The notes under the pieces were generated by a model. That model was not told the DNA's origin. It saw only the letters and a program-made list of their open reading frames with translations, and did no database searches. The translations under genes and the position numbers were made by a program. Positions 61,972 through 64,000 of a stretch of 64,000 nucleotides of DNA are shown piece by piece; the first letter of the stretch is position 1; each line of letters begins with the position of its first letter. Origin of the DNA: a virus. The DNA lies in the IMG/VR virus record IMGVR_UViG_3300021425_000006, one strand, 5' to 3'.

Positions 61972-64000
61972 ATGCAAACATTAAATATAGTAGCCAAAGA
62001 ATTATTTAATAAGATAAGAGGACGCTTTCCAAGTGTTACTATTGGCGATGGTGAAGGTAATGTAACTACAACACCCGAACAGGCAAGATTTTATGACTTT
62101 GATTTTATATCTGAAGGCAGAGCTGTAGGAAAAGTATCTATTAGTTTAGAAGATAAAGCAGTATCAGTAGTATATAATCAAGGACTAGTTACTAACGAAG
62201 ATAGTATTACTAAAGAAAGTTGGTATAATTTTTTAAAGGAATTAAGGCAATTTGCAAAAAAGCGTATGCTAAACTTTGATACTAGAGATATTAATAAATC
62301 AAATTTAAATAGAAGAGATTACAAATTTTTAGCAAATAACCGTATAGAGGAAAAAACAATGAGCGAAGGAAAACTTTACGGTACAAGTAGATTAAGTTAT
62401 CAAGACTTTGATGGCGCAAGGCTTGTATTACGTCATAGTCAGGCAGTAAACCAAGAAAGAGCTGCAGGCAGAACACAGAATGTCGAAAGCATCTATATAG
62501 AAAGTGCTGAAGGAGAAAGATTCAAGTATCCATACAAGCATATTAATGGTGCTAGAGCAATGGCAAGACACGTTGCTGAAGGCGGTAATGCTTATGATGA
62601 TTTTGGTAAACATATTGTAGGACTAAGTGAAGAACTATCTAAGTTAAAGAAATTTAAAAATTACATGGGTCGCTCAAATGTAATGGCTGAAAGTTTAGCT
62701 GGATATGTTGATGTTGTTAAAGAACGTTTATCAACAGTTAAAAAGACAATTGAAAGTTTACAAAAGAAAGCATACTATACAGAAGCATTTGAAAACTTTG
62801 AAAAAACTGAAGTAACAGAAGTACCACAAGATGTTGCAGAAAATTGGATTGATGAATTAACTATACGTCAGTTTAACGAAGAACTCAAAGATGTATTTCC
62901 ATACATTTATAATTTAGTAAGTGAAAATACTCGTGCAAAAGAATTAGGCCCAACAGACTTAGAAGGTTATGTTGTATACGAAGGCAAAGTAAGAGACGAG
63001 TTACAAGATAACTTTGATGAGCTATGTGCAATGAAAGAAAACGGCGCAAGTGATAAAGAATTAAAAGCTGCTGCTGATAAGATGGCATTTGGCGGACAAG
63101 CACTTGAAGCATGTTTATCAGGTGCAGATAATCCGTTTGGTAGTGACGATCATATGGAGCCAGATTTTGAATCACAATTAGAAAACGGCTTTGAAGAAAT
63201 GATGGGTCAGTTTGCCGAAGGTGCAGGTGAATACAGTTATACATTAGAATATAACGGTGAAGAAAATGGTTATGCAAAACATAAACTCACTATTACATCT
63301 CCAGAAGGGAAAACTAAAGTAGTTGCTGATGACTTTACATACTTTGATACTGAAGACCCAGAAGAACTACAAGCAGAATTAGAATCTTGGTTCAATAAAG
63401 GACACGGTGTAGGCGATGAAGGTATGGACGAAGGGTTTGATCCAGATGAATTTGAAGGCGAATTTGATTATGATGCTGTTGGTGACGACGGTGAAGAAGA
63501 TTCAGCAACAGTAACATACAAGGCTAACATTGACGATATGGGAAGACCAGTTGTTGATCCTAAATCAATTAAAGTACACGCTTCAGGTAATAATCCAAGT
63601 AGCAAATTAGGCTATGATGTTGACAGCGACACTGCAATGCAAGATATGAAAGAACTCCTACAAATGGCACAAGAAGATGCAGACGAAATGTGGGATTCAC
63701 GTGATAACAAATATGCACACGGCGAAGGTAATGCATACGCACACGCTGTGAAGAAAGCAAAAGACAGTGGTAAGAAAAAGGGCGATGAAATTGATGGTCC
63801 AGATGGCGAAAAGATCAAGTTAGAAAAAGAAGAACAAAAGACACCATTAGGCGAGTTTATACTAAGTTACTTTGATAGAGAAACTGGACAGTTTCCAAAA
63901 GGCGAAACAGCAATACTTACTATGGTAGAAAAAGATTACGGTGAAAACTACATTACACCTGCAAAACAATTTATTGAAGCAATTAATAATAAAGTAGCAG
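61972..64000 (+). CDS. Large hypothetical protein (>676 aa), truncated by window end; missing from the ORF track
   Basis: Open frame MQTLNIVAKELFNKIRGRF...GERFKYPYKHINGARAMARHV.EGG..YD.FG continues without a stop to 64000; TAAATA at 61962-67. Confidence 0.85.
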   Translation, partial: MQTLNIVAKELFNKIRGRFPSVTIGDGEGNVTTTPEQARFYDFDFISEGRAVGKVSISLEDKAVSVVYNQGLVTNEDSITKESWYNFLKELRQFAKKRMLNFDTRDINKSNLNRRDYKFLANNRIEEKTMSEGKLYGTSRLSYQDFDGARLVLRHSQAVNQERAAGRTQNVESIYIESAEGERFKYPYKHINGARAMARHVAEGGNAYDDFGKHIVGLSEELSKLKKFKNYMGRSNVMAESLAGYVDVVKERLSTVKKTIESLQKKAYYTEAFENFEKTEVTEVPQDVAENWIDELTIRQFNEELKDVFPYIYNLVSENTRAKELGPTDLEGYVVYEGKVRDELQDNFDELCAMKENGASDKELKAAADKMAFGGQALEACLSGADNPFGSDDHMEPDFESQLENGFEEMMGQFAEGAGEYSYTLEYNGEENGYAKHKLTITSPEGKTKVVADDFTYFDTEDPEELQAELESWFNKGHGVGDEGMDEGFDPDEFEGEFDYDAVGDDGEEDSATVTYKANIDDMGRPVVDPKSIKVHASGNNPSSKLGYDVDSDTAMQDMKELLQMAQEDADEMWDSRDNKYAHGEGNAYAHAVKKAKDSGKKKGDEIDGPDGEKIKLEKEEQKTPLGEFILSYFDRETGQFPKGETAILTMVEKDYGENYITPAKQFIEAINNKVA

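Noticed and set aside
1-64000. Alternative genetic code, tRNA or rRNA genes, integrase or transposase
   Set aside because: Standard code gives full-length genes, with TAA, TAG and TGA all used as stops; no cloverleaf or rRNA seen in the short intergenic gaps; the TnsA-like protein is the gp4 head-completion nuclease

Overview
A 64 kb, AT-rich, densely coding segment of a large T4-like (myovirus-type) dsDNA phage genome, read in the standard genetic code. It is almost entirely the virion morphogenesis region. In order it holds: two pairs of giant paralogous tail/baseplate-fibre proteins (2004/1888 aa and 1838/2790 aa) with small partner proteins; a fibre with an S74 intramolecular chaperone; a LamG-like protein and two Kelch-like proteins; a sigma70-driven, translationally coupled enzyme island (U32-like/methyltransferase fusion, two 2OG-Fe(II) oxygenases, a flavin-dependent halogenase, a DUF6065-like protein); further fibre proteins and a subtilase; neck genes gp13/14/15; a dNMP kinase-like gene and an HNH gene; tail sheath, tail tube and tube initiator; gp4; small and large terminase; and a long ORF running off the right end. 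Highlights: (1) six Cys-x-[RQ]-Asp helical repeats in the 2790 aa protein that align gaplessly with the bilin-attachment helix of phycobiliproteins; (2) a TAAATA late-promoter system in which about seven genes, including the large terminase, appear leaderless; (3) two structured 5' leader RNAs; (4) amicyanin-spaced type-1 copper motifs in two virion proteins; (5) the tailoring-enzyme island. All family calls come from motif recognition by eye; no searches were run.
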